DNA from: Candidatus Heimdallarchaeota archaeon
GTDB lineage: Archaea > Asgardarchaeota > Heimdallarchaeia > Hodarchaeales > Hodarchaeaceae
DNA: 64,000 nt
Direction of reading: 5' to 3'
Assembly: GCA_019057635.1 (NCBI GenBank)
Contig: DXJL01000104.1
Span: 1-64,000 of the forward strand
Shown piece by piece: positions 50,492 through 60,840 of the stretch. The position numbers and the translations under genes are program-made. The stretch's first letter is position 1. Each line of letters starts with the position of its first letter. Under the pieces are notes generated by a model. That model had not been told where the DNA came from and ran no database searches. It saw nothing but the letters and a program-made list of their open reading frames with translations.

Positions 50492-51451
50492 TTATTTGCT
50501 TAAATTAAAGAATTTTTCTGCATTCTTCCAGTAAAAATGTTCCAAGATCTTATCTGAAAGATTCAAGCCATTAATGTATGTCGGGGAATTTGGATTATCT
50601 TCATCAGGAAAAGGAAGTTCAATTTTTTGGTGGTTACTTTCCCAGAATAACCTCTGGGCCCAATAACGAGTAGCTAGATACTTTTCGTCGCGGTCTTCCC
50701 ATCCAACAGATAGATCTGTTGCAAAAAGTATCCTTTTGTAATGTTGTTCAAAGAATTCTTTTGTACGTTCGATATTATTCCCTAGTTCCCTAATCATCCA
50801 TTTAGTTGAGGCCGTGTCAATGTAGAGGTTTGGAAAATCATGTAAATCCTGAGTAACTTGTTTTAAATTCTCTGGGAGACTATGAAAATGAACACTAATT
50901 AATTTCAAAGACAAATGATTTCTCATTACTTCTCGAAACTCGCTCAATGCCTGCTCTTTTGATCTATATCGCTCCACGTCTTGATATTTTGTGGCATACC
51001 AGATGTCTGGATCAGCAACATGAATATCCATTGGAATGTGGTAATTTTCAATTAATGTAAAAGCTGGATCGAAAATTGGGAGATTAAGAGAAAATGGTTT
51101 ATCTGCTTCAAAAAAATCAAGGAATCTAGGACCAAACCAAACCTTAACCATCGAGTAATTTTCCAAGTGCGCTTCTTCAATAGCAGTGAGTATTCTCTCT
51201 GGTTCATGTTTGGCAAATGCATCAATCGGGAGATAATAAGCAAACTTGATCAGATCGTCGTGTCCATCCTCTTCTAAAGTTTTTTTTACATCAGGCGCAG
51301 CGATTCCCATGAAACGATGCACACCATATTTCCTACCAATCTTTAATAATGGTTCAAAGGCATCAGCGCTCCATATGTGAACATGCGAATCCCATATCTT
51401 CGTATTAAGCTTTGATAGTCCGTTTAGTGGATTAGAAAGATCAAACTGCAT
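50492..51451 (-). CDS. Amidohydrolase_2 family metal-dependent hydrolase
   Basis: DSHVH, IHVADP, PNLYIDTA and RILFATD. Confidence 0.85.
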   Translation of the reverse strand: MQFDLSNPLNGLSKLNTKIWDSHVHIWSADAFEPLLKIGRKYGVHRFMGIAAPDVKKTLEEDGHDDLIKFAYYLPIDAFAKHEPERILTAIEEAHLENYSMVKVWFGPRFLDFFEADKPFSLNLPIFDPAFTLIENYHIPMDIHVADPDIWYATKYQDVERYRSKEQALSEFREVMRNHLSLKLISVHFHSLPENLKQVTQDLHDFPNLYIDTASTKWMIRELGNNIERTKEFFEQHYKRILFATDLSVGWEDRDEKYLATRYWAQRLFWESNHQKIELPFPDEDNPNSPTYINGLNLSDKILEHFYWKNAEKFFNLSK

Positions 51452-51665
51452 GTTTTTGCCATTTTCTCATCAATGCAATAAACTTGATGTTTTTTGAAAA
51501 GGTAAAATTGAGTTGAAGTTTTAGTAACAAAACAGATCTCAGAAAGGATTAATAAAACTAAAAGACACCAACCTTTAAGATCACACAAAAAATTACTCTA
51601 TGTGGAAGATAATAAACGACTATCATGAAAAACAGTTTTTCCTTACCAGGATATTATCAAACTAG

Positions 51666-52400
51666 TTGATGGAATCGAATCATATGTCTAACTTAACTCC
51701 TGTATCACTTAAAGCTATACTTTTTGATTTCGATGGCACTTTGGTCGACACAAAATCATTTTATTTCGGACTAATTGCTGATTATCTTGGTACAGACCAT
51801 ATCAAAACAATTTCCTTAGCGGGTGAGATTATCGAGGCTAAATTAGTACCTGAAGATGCTAATGTAAGATGGAAAATTATAAAGGCTTCCTACCAAGTTT
51901 CCCGAAAAATGGGATTTGGTATTATTCGATCCCTGAAGGCAATTTGGTATCTTTCACAAAATCATTCTAAGCATTTCTCCTCTGCGAAACCAACAGAGGG
52001 GACAATTCAAGGGATAATTAAACTAAAGAAACTAGGAGTTCAAATTGGGATTATCAGTTATACTTCTCGTAAAAAAATCTTATCTTTCTTATCTAAGTAC
52101 TTTCAAGACAGTAGCATAATACCAGAAAGAAATATTCTGGCTAAGGGAGAATTTGGAAAATCGAAGGAAGCGGGAATTGAAAAATTCATTAGATCATTTG
52201 ACCTTGTAGAACATAAATATTTGTGCGCAATTGTTGGTGATCTAGGAGGAGATATTCTTGCAGGCAATAATCTTGGTATCACAACAATTGGATTAACAAC
52301 GGGTTATGCCCCCTCAAAAATACTAAAATTAACTAAACCCTCTAAGATATTTAATTCGGTAATCGAATTAGCCGAAGCCGTCGAAATCCCTTCTAACTAG
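51666..52400 (+). CDS. HAD-superfamily hydrolase (phosphoglycolate phosphatase-like)
   Basis: FDFDGTLVD and VGDLGGDILAG. Confidence 0.9.
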   Translation: MMESNHMSNLTPVSLKAILFDFDGTLVDTKSFYFGLIADYLGTDHIKTISLAGEIIEAKLVPEDANVRWKIIKASYQVSRKMGFGIIRSLKAIWYLSQNHSKHFSSAKPTEGTIQGIIKLKKLGVQIGIISYTSRKKILSFLSKYFQDSSIIPERNILAKGEFGKSKEAGIEKFIRSFDLVEHKYLCAIVGDLGGDILAGNNLGITTIGLTTGYAPSKILKLTKPSKIFNSVIELAEAVEIPSN

Positions 52401-53907
52401 GATCTACCCATGCTTTGGCCTTTGTTACCGCCTTATTCCAATAGTGAAGGTGTTTTTTACGTTCATCCTCACTCATACTCGGCTTAAAAATCCTATCAAC
52501 AGCCCATGTTTCCTTTAGCTCCCTTAAATCCTGCCAGTATCCTACAGCTAACCCCGCTGCGTATGCGGCTCCTAAAGCTGTGGTTTCCTCAATTCTTGGT
52601 CGAATGCACTCAATCCCCAAAATATCCGCTTGAAATTGCATCAACAAGCTATTCTTTGATGCCCCTCCATCTACTCTTAAATTAGATAACTTAACTTTAC
52701 TATCTACTTCCATGGCATCGAAAACATCTACAGATTGAAATGCGATAGATTCCAATACAGCACGGGTGATATGTGCTTTGTTACTTCCTCTAGTTAGCCC
52801 CACGACTGTTCCACGCGCAGTTATATCCCAATGGGGGGAAAATAGTCCAACAAATGCAGGGACAAAATACACTCCTCCATTGTCTTCAACCGAAGATGCT
52901 AATTCCTCAGATTCCTTGGCCGTTGAAAAAAAACCTAATTGATCCCTTAACCACTGTACAGCTGCTCCACTTATCGCAATGCTTCCTTCCAACGCATAAG
53001 TGATTTCGTTACCAACTCCATAGCCAACCGTTGTAATTAATCCTGATTTCGATTGAACAATATTTTTTCCAGTATTCATAAGAAGGAAGTTACCAGTTCC
53101 GTATGTGTTCTTTGCATTTCCACTTTCAAAACAAGTTTGTCCAAACAAGGCTGCTTGTTGATCTCCTAAGTCACCACATATAGGGGGACCTTTTCCTTCG
53201 GCTTTCCATACGTATCCATAAATATTTGAATCGCTAGAAGGACGAATATCAGGTAACATAGATCGAGGAACTTTTAAAATTTCTAATAGCTCATCATCCC
53301 ATTTTAGTGTTTTTAAATTCATCAACATTGTACGAGACGCATTTGAAAAATCTGTGACATGAACTCCACCTTTAATCCCTCCAGTTAAATTCCATAGAAT
53401 CCATGTATCAATATTCCCAAAAAGAAGCTGTTGATTTGTAACTTTTGAGCGTGATTTACTTACATTATCTAAGATCCATTGAATTTTGGGACCTGAAAAG
53501 TAAGTTGCTGTAACTAAACCAGTTCGAGCTTTGATCTCATCTTCTAATCCTTCCCTCTTTAACGATTCACAGATGTCATTAGTACGAGTACACTGCCAGA
53601 CGATGGCATTACAAATCGGGATTCCAGAATTTTTATTCCAAACAACTGTCGTTTCTCGCTGATTTGTTATACCAATAGCTTTTAAATCATCAATAGATAA
53701 CTTAGCAGATTGCAGGGCTTTATGTATGGCGAAATCCGTATTTTTCCATATTTCCAGAGGATCATGCTCTACCCACCCAGGTTTAGGAAAGATTTGTTGA
53801 TGTTCTTTGTAGTGCGAACTAACCAAATTACTTTCGTGATCAAAAATCATGAATCTTGTGCCTGTGGTACCCTGATCAATAGCACCTATGTACTTTTCTG
53901 TGACCAA
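52393..53907 (-). CDS. glpK: Glycerol kinase
   Basis: DQGTTGTR, ITNQRETT, NASRT, GDQQAALFG, KNTYGTG and VDGGA. Confidence 0.98.
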   Translation of the reverse strand: MVTEKYIGAIDQGTTGTRFMIFDHESNLVSSHYKEHQQIFPKPGWVEHDPLEIWKNTDFAIHKALQSAKLSIDDLKAIGITNQRETTVVWNKNSGIPICNAIVWQCTRTNDICESLKREGLEDEIKARTGLVTATYFSGPKIQWILDNVSKSRSKVTNQQLLFGNIDTWILWNLTGGIKGGVHVTDFSNASRTMLMNLKTLKWDDELLEILKVPRSMLPDIRPSSDSNIYGYVWKAEGKGPPICGDLGDQQAALFGQTCFESGNAKNTYGTGNFLLMNTGKNIVQSKSGLITTVGYGVGNEITYALEGSIAISGAAVQWLRDQLGFFSTAKESEELASSVEDNGGVYFVPAFVGLFSPHWDITARGTVVGLTRGSNKAHITRAVLESIAFQSVDVFDAMEVDSKVKLSNLRVDGGASKNSLLMQFQADILGIECIRPRIEETTALGAAYAAGLAVGYWQDLRELKETWAVDRIFKPSMSEDERKKHLHYWNKAVTKAKAWVDPS

Positions 53908-53986
53908 AGGGAATGAACTCCATAACTAGGATTTTAGACGATTAAACTCTTATTAAACAATTTTGTAAATGTCAATACTGGTGAGT

Positions 53987-54517
53987 CTACTTCCCCTGAG
54001 AAGTCTTATCTATTTTTCTTTTCACTTGGTTCAAGAGAGACTGGTTCTTACCAAAACTACATCGAAGCACTTCGTAATCAAATTTTAAACTAAATTCAGA
54101 TAGAAAATCATCAAAAATCGATTCACGAAGAACTATTATATTCCCCTGAGGTCGAGTAAGGGCTGTTTCAAGTACAGGAAAGTACCCTTTTCCATCCATC
54201 TCCAAAATGCCAATTTCATCGATGAAAAGGTATGCACAATCCTGTCCACTAGAAATATGTTGTAGCGCAAGTTGCATGTTCTTTTCACTAATTCGAAATT
54301 TCCCAATAGAAACTGAGGATTCGTGATTTTTAGCCTCAAATGAAATTTTCTCTTCGCTTTGAATTAAATAAAAACATCTCACTGTGTTCAGGATGGTGAT
54401 AACCCCTCCAGCAGAGAGTTCATGGTTTTGAATATGATTTAAAATTTCTAGACATAAGGTAGATTTCCCAGACTTGCTCGGCCCTGTAATGAGAAATGAA
54501 GGGTTCTTACTTACCAT
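53987..54517 (-). CDS. THEP1-type nucleoside triphosphatase
   Basis: ITGPSKSGKST, IGKF and FIDEIGILE. Confidence 0.85.
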   Translation of the reverse strand: MVSKNPSFLITGPSKSGKSTLCLEILNHIQNHELSAGGVITILNTVRCFYLIQSEEKISFEAKNHESSVSIGKFRISEKNMQLALQHISSGQDCAYLFIDEIGILEMDGKGYFPVLETALTRPQGNIIVLRESIFDDFLSEFSLKFDYEVLRCSFGKNQSLLNQVKRKIDKTSQGK

Positions 54518-54690
54518 GATTAACCCTTTTTTACTCTATTTATAAACTCGTATTAGTCTAAATTTCATAATTTGATTTGGTAGGCAACTTAAATTTAAGA
54601 GTTCCGAAAGAAGAATTCGTACTTCAGTTTTTCTATAGCCCACAATTTACACTCGGTTTGGTACAAGGGTTGACAATAGTCAATATTTCT

Positions 54691-54720
54691 GTGGACAAAT
54701 AGAGACAAATATGGACAGAT
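54691..54720. repeat. Three tandem imperfect 10-mers
   Basis: GTGGACAAAT AGAGACAAAT ATGGACAGAT, preceded by the palindrome TTGAC-AATA-GTCAA at 54670-54683. Confidence 0.5.
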
Positions 54721-54784
54721 ATCCCAGAGAAAAGGTGGTTTTCAAGGAAAATTCATATCTCCCTAAAAACCGAGAAATGGCAGG

Positions 54785-55870
54785 CTAGTTCACATCGATA
54801 ATACCATCGCCAGTGATTGCGAATACTGTTTCATTTTCAGGCAAAAGAGGTGAGTCGGCAATTCGAGCAATCCGGCGTTCACCCTTGGATTTTCGAAGGT
54901 AAACACGAGTCTGACTTGCATGAGCTACAATATGTCCACCAACAGGCAAAGTTGGATCACCAAAAAACATATCTGGTTTAGAATGGACTTGATTAGTGAG
55001 AATGACTGCCATATTTCCGACTTCGGCCATTTTTAGTAATGTATGGATATGTTGATTCAATTTTTGTTGTCTGGTAGCTAATGTTCCTCTGCCGATATAT
55101 TCCGCACGAAAATGTGCAATTAAGGAGTCAACTATGACCAATCCGATTGGCTCTGTTTGGCTATCTTGAGCTGCTTTTTCAGCTAGAACCATTTGATGGT
55201 CACTATTATATGCACGGCCATGCATAATGTTTTTTAAGACTTGTTTGACATCCAAATCACCTTCCCATCTCTTAGTCATATTTAAAATACGTTCAGGCCG
55301 AAACGTACCTTCAGTATCGATATAAATTACTTTTATTGGACCATCAACACGTAATCCTCCTAATTCACGCGGTAGCTGCGCAGCAACACATAATTGATGA
55401 GCTAATTGAGTTTTTCCTGTTCGGAATTCCCCATAAAGTTCAGTAACTGCACCAGTTTCAATCCCACCTCCGAAAAGGTCATCCAACGATGCTGAACCAG
55501 TAGTAATCTTTAACATGTTCCGTCGGCGTTCTAATATTTCATCTGCAGATACAAAGCCGAAATTAAGTGAATCTCTCGCCGCTTGGATAATTTTACTCGA
55601 AGTAGCTTCTCCAAGATTCCCCACTGCAACTAACTGGCCAATACTCACCGTAGCGAGTGATTCCAGTGTTCCAAAACCTGATTCCCTCAGTTTTTTTGCG
55701 GTTGCAGGACCAATACCTGGAAGATCATCAATACTTCCCGTTGATGCTTCATTATTAGTAGCTACATTAGGAACAGAAGTGGAATTTTCTGACATTGTAC
55801 CTTCCAACACACCTTCTTCCTCAACAATTTCATTCTTAGCATTATTTGATTTTTTCTTGCGGGGTGGCAT
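54785..55870 (-). CDS. radA: DNA repair and recombination protein RadA
   Basis: HhH LPGIGPATA, GEFRTGKTQ, YIDTEGTFRPER, RAEYIGRGTLATRQQ and PVGGHIVAH. Confidence 0.98.
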   Translation of the reverse strand: MPPRKKKSNNAKNEIVEEEGVLEGTMSENSTSVPNVATNNEASTGSIDDLPGIGPATAKKLRESGFGTLESLATVSIGQLVAVGNLGEATSSKIIQAARDSLNFGFVSADEILERRRNMLKITTGSASLDDLFGGGIETGAVTELYGEFRTGKTQLAHQLCVAAQLPRELGGLRVDGPIKVIYIDTEGTFRPERILNMTKRWEGDLDVKQVLKNIMHGRAYNSDHQMVLAEKAAQDSQTEPIGLVIVDSLIAHFRAEYIGRGTLATRQQKLNQHIHTLLKMAEVGNMAVILTNQVHSKPDMFFGDPTLPVGGHIVAHASQTRVYLRKSKGERRIARIADSPLLPENETVFAITGDGIIDVN

Positions 55871-56562
55871 CCTAAATCACACCGTAGATTTCATATGAGA
55901 TGATAAGACATGATTCACACATCGTTTTAACTAAACAGAGCATATTATCCAAATGATTTTTTGCTTAATCGTAATTCAATGGACTCTACTAGGTAAATCA
56001 AAAAAAATATGTCTGATCTTTGGAAGAGAAGAACAAAGATTTAGTTTCAAGTAGTTATCCCAGCAAGAAATGCGGTAATTACAGGATTTCGTTCATATAT
56101 TTGCAACTCTGCAGTTAAATAGATATTCTGGTTTATTCTTGTCATTTTCGAGGAAGTCACTCTCACTCCAAGAGGTAGTTTTAGAATAAGTCCTTGTTAA
56201 TCACTTTCATTTTACTCTCTATTGAATAACAATTATCTAGAAAAAAGCAAAGAAGAATCTTAGTAATTGTTTTTAGATATCTCATCTGGTGGTTCTGACA
56301 AAAGCTCCGTAAAACTTCGTTGAACTCTATTTACGAAAGAAAATCCAGAAACATCAACACACTACGGGAATTCTCCTGACTCTAAATCACTTATACTTAC
56401 TCCTCAACCATCTATCTGCGGTTAACCCATATTTAGTTACTATTTGATTTTAATAACTGTGTCCTTAAGACTTTTTTACGAAGCGACAATATATTCACTT
56501 AATACCGAATTAAAAGGTAACTTTCTGATTGAACCCGACTTAATTCTGTTCGAGTTGAAAAA

Positions 56563-56596
56563 GTCAACTACCCCGCGGTAAAGCATTGGGGTTTCC
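56563..56596 (+). mobile_element. Degenerate IS200/IS605-type terminal hairpin relic
   Basis: GTCAACTACCCCGCGGTAAAGCATTGGGGTTTCC resembles the GTCAACTACCCC-N-TAAA-N-GGGGCTT end motif of IS605/IscB elements as I recall it. Confidence 0.5.
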
Positions 56597-56609
56597 TTGA
56601 GTTGAAAAA

Positions 56610-57893
56610 ATGAATACCAATAAAAATTACTCTTTTTCAGATCTTTTTGGTTCTCATCCAACAGTTTTTCGCGAAGATGATGGTGATGTAAATCAAGGAG
56701 AAAAAGTGTTTACATCTTCATATACACCTCATTCTATCTGGCATCGGGAAGATGAAATGAAAGCCCTTGTTTCATATTTTAAATCTATCATCACAAGTCC
56801 GACTGCTTCTTCAAAGAAAGTAATTCTTTATGGACCAGTGGGGACTGGAAAAACTGTCATCTCCCATGCTTTTGGAACTGAATTGACAACTTATATAGCT
56901 AAAAATCGTGATCATGGAGAGCCGAGATTTAGATATTTTCATATTAATTGTAGGAAGACTAAAACTCCACATCTCATTCTAACAACCATCCTAAGATATC
57001 TAGTGTCAGGATTTCCCTTGAGAGGGTTTAGTGTAGATGAATTATTACGAATGTTCACCCTCTTACTATATGAACAGAACTTAACAGTGCTCCTTGTCTT
57101 AGACGAAATTGATTACCTGTTACCTGAGGAAAGGACTGACTTTCTTTATTCTCTTTCCCGATTAGAAGAATCACCTATTATTAGAGAAGAATTCGAGCTT
57201 TCTCAGGACCGTTTAGAGTCCCGTTTTAATCTTCTCACGATTACTCGGGATAAGAATTTCCGTTATTATTTAGATACTTCCACCGCTTCATCTTTAGGTC
57301 GCAATTATATTACATTTGCCCCATACACTCGGTATCAACTATTCGATATACTAGCAACCCGAGCAGAGCTGGGGCTATGTGAAGATAGTTATAGCGATGA
57401 GCTACTAGATACAGTTGCCAGTCTTGCAGAAGAAAAAGGTGATGCTAGATTTGCTATTGAACTTCTTTGGAGAACTGCAAAAATTTGTGAAGCCGAGGGA
57501 GAAAAAAAACTTAGTACAGAGCATGTTAGACGAGCAGTTGTGGAAGTACTACCAATTGAAAAATCAATAATTGATGATTTAAACACCCACCAAAAACTTG
57601 TGTTGCTCAGTATTGCCCGTCTTCTTTCGGTTTGCAATCAGTCATTTGTAACTACTCTCGAAGTAAAAGGGGAATACGAAAGGGTGTGCGAAGAAGCAAG
57701 TATACGTAGTAGACGGCAAACACAAGTATGGGCATATCTAAAGGATTTAGGTCGACTTGGTTTAATTCAACAAGAAGTGGAAAATCGTCATACTAATGGT
57801 CGGTCTTTAGGACGAATTTCAACCATAAGGATTCGTGACTTACCGACAGAGGAAATTATCACTTCCCTTGGATCTTTGTTGAACGGAGACTAA
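56610..57893 (+). CDS. cdc6: Orc1/Cdc6 replication initiator
   Basis: HREDE, GPVGTGKT, HINC, LVLDEID, PYT..QL.DIL..RA, GDARFAIELL and a C-terminal winged helix. Confidence 0.95.
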   Translation: MNTNKNYSFSDLFGSHPTVFREDDGDVNQGEKVFTSSYTPHSIWHREDEMKALVSYFKSIITSPTASSKKVILYGPVGTGKTVISHAFGTELTTYIAKNRDHGEPRFRYFHINCRKTKTPHLILTTILRYLVSGFPLRGFSVDELLRMFTLLLYEQNLTVLLVLDEIDYLLPEERTDFLYSLSRLEESPIIREEFELSQDRLESRFNLLTITRDKNFRYYLDTSTASSLGRNYITFAPYTRYQLFDILATRAELGLCEDSYSDELLDTVASLAEEKGDARFAIELLWRTAKICEAEGEKKLSTEHVRRAVVEVLPIEKSIIDDLNTHQKLVLLSIARLLSVCNQSFVTTLEVKGEYERVCEEASIRSRRQTQVWAYLKDLGRLGLIQQEVENRHTNGRSLGRISTIRIRDLPTEEIITSLGSLLNGD

Positions 57894-57904
57894 AAGAGAA
57901 GAGG

Positions 57905-59002
57905 TTACATCCCAAAGCTCAATGCAACATATATCCAATCAACGGCAAACCAGATAATTGCTCCAAGTACTGCAGTTACTGGAACGGTGACTACCCAAGA
58001 AATAACAATTGTATTCACCATTTTTCGTTGAATTGGTAATCTTTCAGCCCAACCAACGGCAATCATTGCGGCTATAAGAACATGGGTTCCACTTAATGGA
58101 AAACCAGCCAATGTTCCTATTGTCATAACTAGCGTCACAGCTACCATGGCCGACAAAGCCGAACCTGCATTCATTGAAACGATTTCCTTCGCAACAACTT
58201 TGATAACTTTCCAACCAACCAAGATTAAACCCAAAGCCATCCCCACCCCCCCAATAATCATTAAATATTCAGTAAAGGTTCCAGGAGAGGTACTATCATT
58301 TAGAATCTGTAATGATAAAACTGGGGCGATAGAGTTCGCGACATCATTCCCAGCTCGAGATGCGGAACTCAGTATTAAAAAAAAACTAAGCAGATATGTA
58401 TAAACGCGATCTAAACGTTCTCGCTCGGTCATTTGAAACCCTACCGCTTGTTCCTCATCTATATCCTTTTCTTCAATGTCTTCCAGTTTTTTGGTAAAAT
58501 AAGTCTCCTCGAATCGCTGTAACCAGAACTGAACCGTTGAAGCAGCAAAAAATCCAATTATTGGACTTAAAATCCAGCCTGCAGCAATTTCTGTAAGTTG
58601 CCAATAATCAACTGAGAAAACACCCCATTCTGGGGATTTCAATCCTGCAACTACACATACACCAATTATCGCACCAATCACCTATTGTGTGGTTGAGATA
58701 GGTAAACCCTCAGCTATACTTGTTGATACAAGAACGATTATCATTGCTATCAATATTGAAATTATCATAGGGTCAGTTAAAACACGATTTCCTATCAAAT
58801 CTTTCCCTATTTTCTAGGCAACAGGTGCACCCATAAGAAACGCACCTAGAACACTAAAGATAGCTCCAAGAATTACAGCCGTACGCAATGTAAATACACC
58901 CGAAGCAATACCAGGTGCCATCATTTCATCATTTGTACCTGCAGCAAAAGCTACAGCGAAAGCCATGGCAAGGGCAAAAAGAAAAATGATAACTTCAATC
59001 AA
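57905..59002 (-). pseudogene. PiT-family inorganic phosphate transporter, full length (365 codons) with two in-frame TAG codons
   Basis: Both PiT signatures are present (GTND and GNDVANS), plus GLPISTTQ and GFPLSGTH. TAG at 58816-58814 and 58684-58682, all in one frame. Confidence 0.85.
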
Positions 59003-59011
59003 AGAGCGCCC

Positions 59012-59692
59012 TCATTGCCCATATTTTACTGTCATAACTTGAATATAATCAGATGTTTGTTCAGCTGCTTCTGCAACGACAATCAAACTAACGGATATCT
59101 TATAGCAATAATATGCATCTTTGGCATCATAATCAGGTGAATTTATCCTCCCAAAAATATGGAAATCTAAATCTCGCGCTTCTTCACGGGTACTATCTAC
59201 CTTCCCTGCATATTTTCTTGCCTTCTCGTGATCCGCATCAACATATTTTAGTGCATCTTGTAAAAAATCAGTGCACTGATGTACTTTCTCTGCTAAAATC
59301 GGCATCTCATGGGGAATTCTCTGTGGAAAATCCTCCCGAGCGACAAGCCGACGGATTACTACTTCTGTTTTATTGACAATATTATCCATATGTCGGACTA
59401 ACCGATGTCTATCTTCTGTTGCTTGCGGTAGGTATGCTCCCTTAGAGAAAATAGTGTCTATCAACTCTTCTTTAATGTCGTCGCATCGACGTTCGGCTTT
59501 CACAATTTCATCCTTTAAATGCATAATCTTTGATCGAGCTTCTGGATCTTTCTCATGATTTGACCAAATAATAATTGCATCAGCTAGTTTAGCTGAAGCT
59601 ATTTGTAATTCCTTTGCTAATTGCACAAATAGCTCCTCGCCTCGTTTCCACAGTTTTTTATCTCTTCGAAATAACAAAAATTCACCATCCAC
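59012..59692 (-). CDS. DUF47 (PhoU-like) phosphate transport regulator
   Basis: ERRCDDIK...YLP...EDRHRL...D and EEARD repeats; lies directly upstream of pit. Confidence 0.9.
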   Translation of the reverse strand: MDGEFLLFRRDKKLWKRGEELFVQLAKELQIASAKLADAIIIWSNHEKDPEARSKIMHLKDEIVKAERRCDDIKEELIDTIFSKGAYLPQATEDRHRLVRHMDNIVNKTEVVIRRLVAREDFPQRIPHEMPILAEKVHQCTDFLQDALKYVDADHEKARKYAGKVDSTREEARDLDFHIFGRINSPDYDAKDAYYCYKISVSLIVVAEAAEQTSDYIQVMTVKYGQ

Positions 59693-59867
59693 TAAGAATG
59701 TCTTTGATAACCATCCTCCAATAATTCATTTATGAATTCCTCGCATTATCCTACAACTAAGTTACATATTCATCTCGGGATATGTTCCATAAATGAAATC
59801 TTTATATCCTCACCTCCAGTTAATTTGGAAATGAAACTATGCTTTCCGCTAGAGGTTTGTTTTCACA

Positions 59868-60836
59868 TTGTCAAAAGAAAAAGAGTTCTTAATTCAAGAT
59901 TTAACAATTGATGATGAGTATGATACAATTTCAGCCAATGCTTCAGTACAAGAAGCGGCATTAAAAATGAAGGAAAAAGGAATTCCGGATTTGGTTGTCC
60001 TTGATGACGATAATATGTATCAGGGCATCATAGCTGATTTTGATATTGTAACTGGCTTGGTTGCAGAAGGGTTATCCGTGGATAAGTCGAAAGTAACCGA
60101 GATTATGTACACAATTGACCCAGTCACAAAAAATACAACAGTATCCGATGCTTTTGCTCGTATGAGAGACTTAGATGTATCAGTCGTTCCTGTTGTAGAA
60201 AATAATGAAGTAATCGGAGTTGCTACGATAACTGATTGCTGGGGATTTTTACCTGAAAAGTATGAAGACCAAAAAGGCCTTATACCTGTTTCTAATCCTC
60301 GATTTGCAAATTATAGTTTTACCATTCTTATGTCGGTGTTATACCTATTTTTCGGGATTTTTGCTCCCCTTATAGGTATTGTTGGTTACCTAAAAGCACC
60401 GATTGCAAGCCAAGGGGGTTTCACAGCCACGTACTATCTTTTTGAGGCTCGAGGAGCTAGTTTTTGGATCCGATATACAGACATCCAAGGTCAATTTAAC
60501 TTTTTATGGCTTTCCCTGTCAATCTTTGGGGTTTTATTTATCGTTCTTGGTCTTGTAAGCATTTATGCAATTTTCCAATGGGCATATGCAGATTATAAGA
60601 TGATTAAAGTCAATCGAAATTGGCATGCTATTGGTACATTATTAGGTCTGTTAGGAATTATAGTAGAATGGCTATTCTTTGTTTCTTTCATTCTGATGGA
60701 TGTCCTACGTGTTTCTAGTACTCAAATTGATTTTGGTGGATTGTTATTCTCAGTTATAGCCATAATTTGTCTACTCGCAGCCGTTTCTCGTGACCTTGTA
60801 TTCCGCGAAACGTCCGCCACACCCGAGGAGGAATAA
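59868..60836 (+). CDS. CBS-pair plus four-TM membrane protein
   Basis: Two CBS repeats (GIIADFDI; VIGVATITD) followed by four hydrophobic helices. Confidence 0.85.
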   Translation: MSKEKEFLIQDLTIDDEYDTISANASVQEAALKMKEKGIPDLVVLDDDNMYQGIIADFDIVTGLVAEGLSVDKSKVTEIMYTIDPVTKNTTVSDAFARMRDLDVSVVPVVENNEVIGVATITDCWGFLPEKYEDQKGLIPVSNPRFANYSFTILMSVLYLFFGIFAPLIGIVGYLKAPIASQGGFTATYYLFEARGASFWIRYTDIQGQFNFLWLSLSIFGVLFIVLGLVSIYAIFQWAYADYKMIKVNRNWHAIGTLLGLLGIIVEWLFFVSFILMDVLRVSSTQIDFGGLLFSVIAIICLLAAVSRDLVFRETSATPEEE

Positions 60837-60840
60837 AAAA

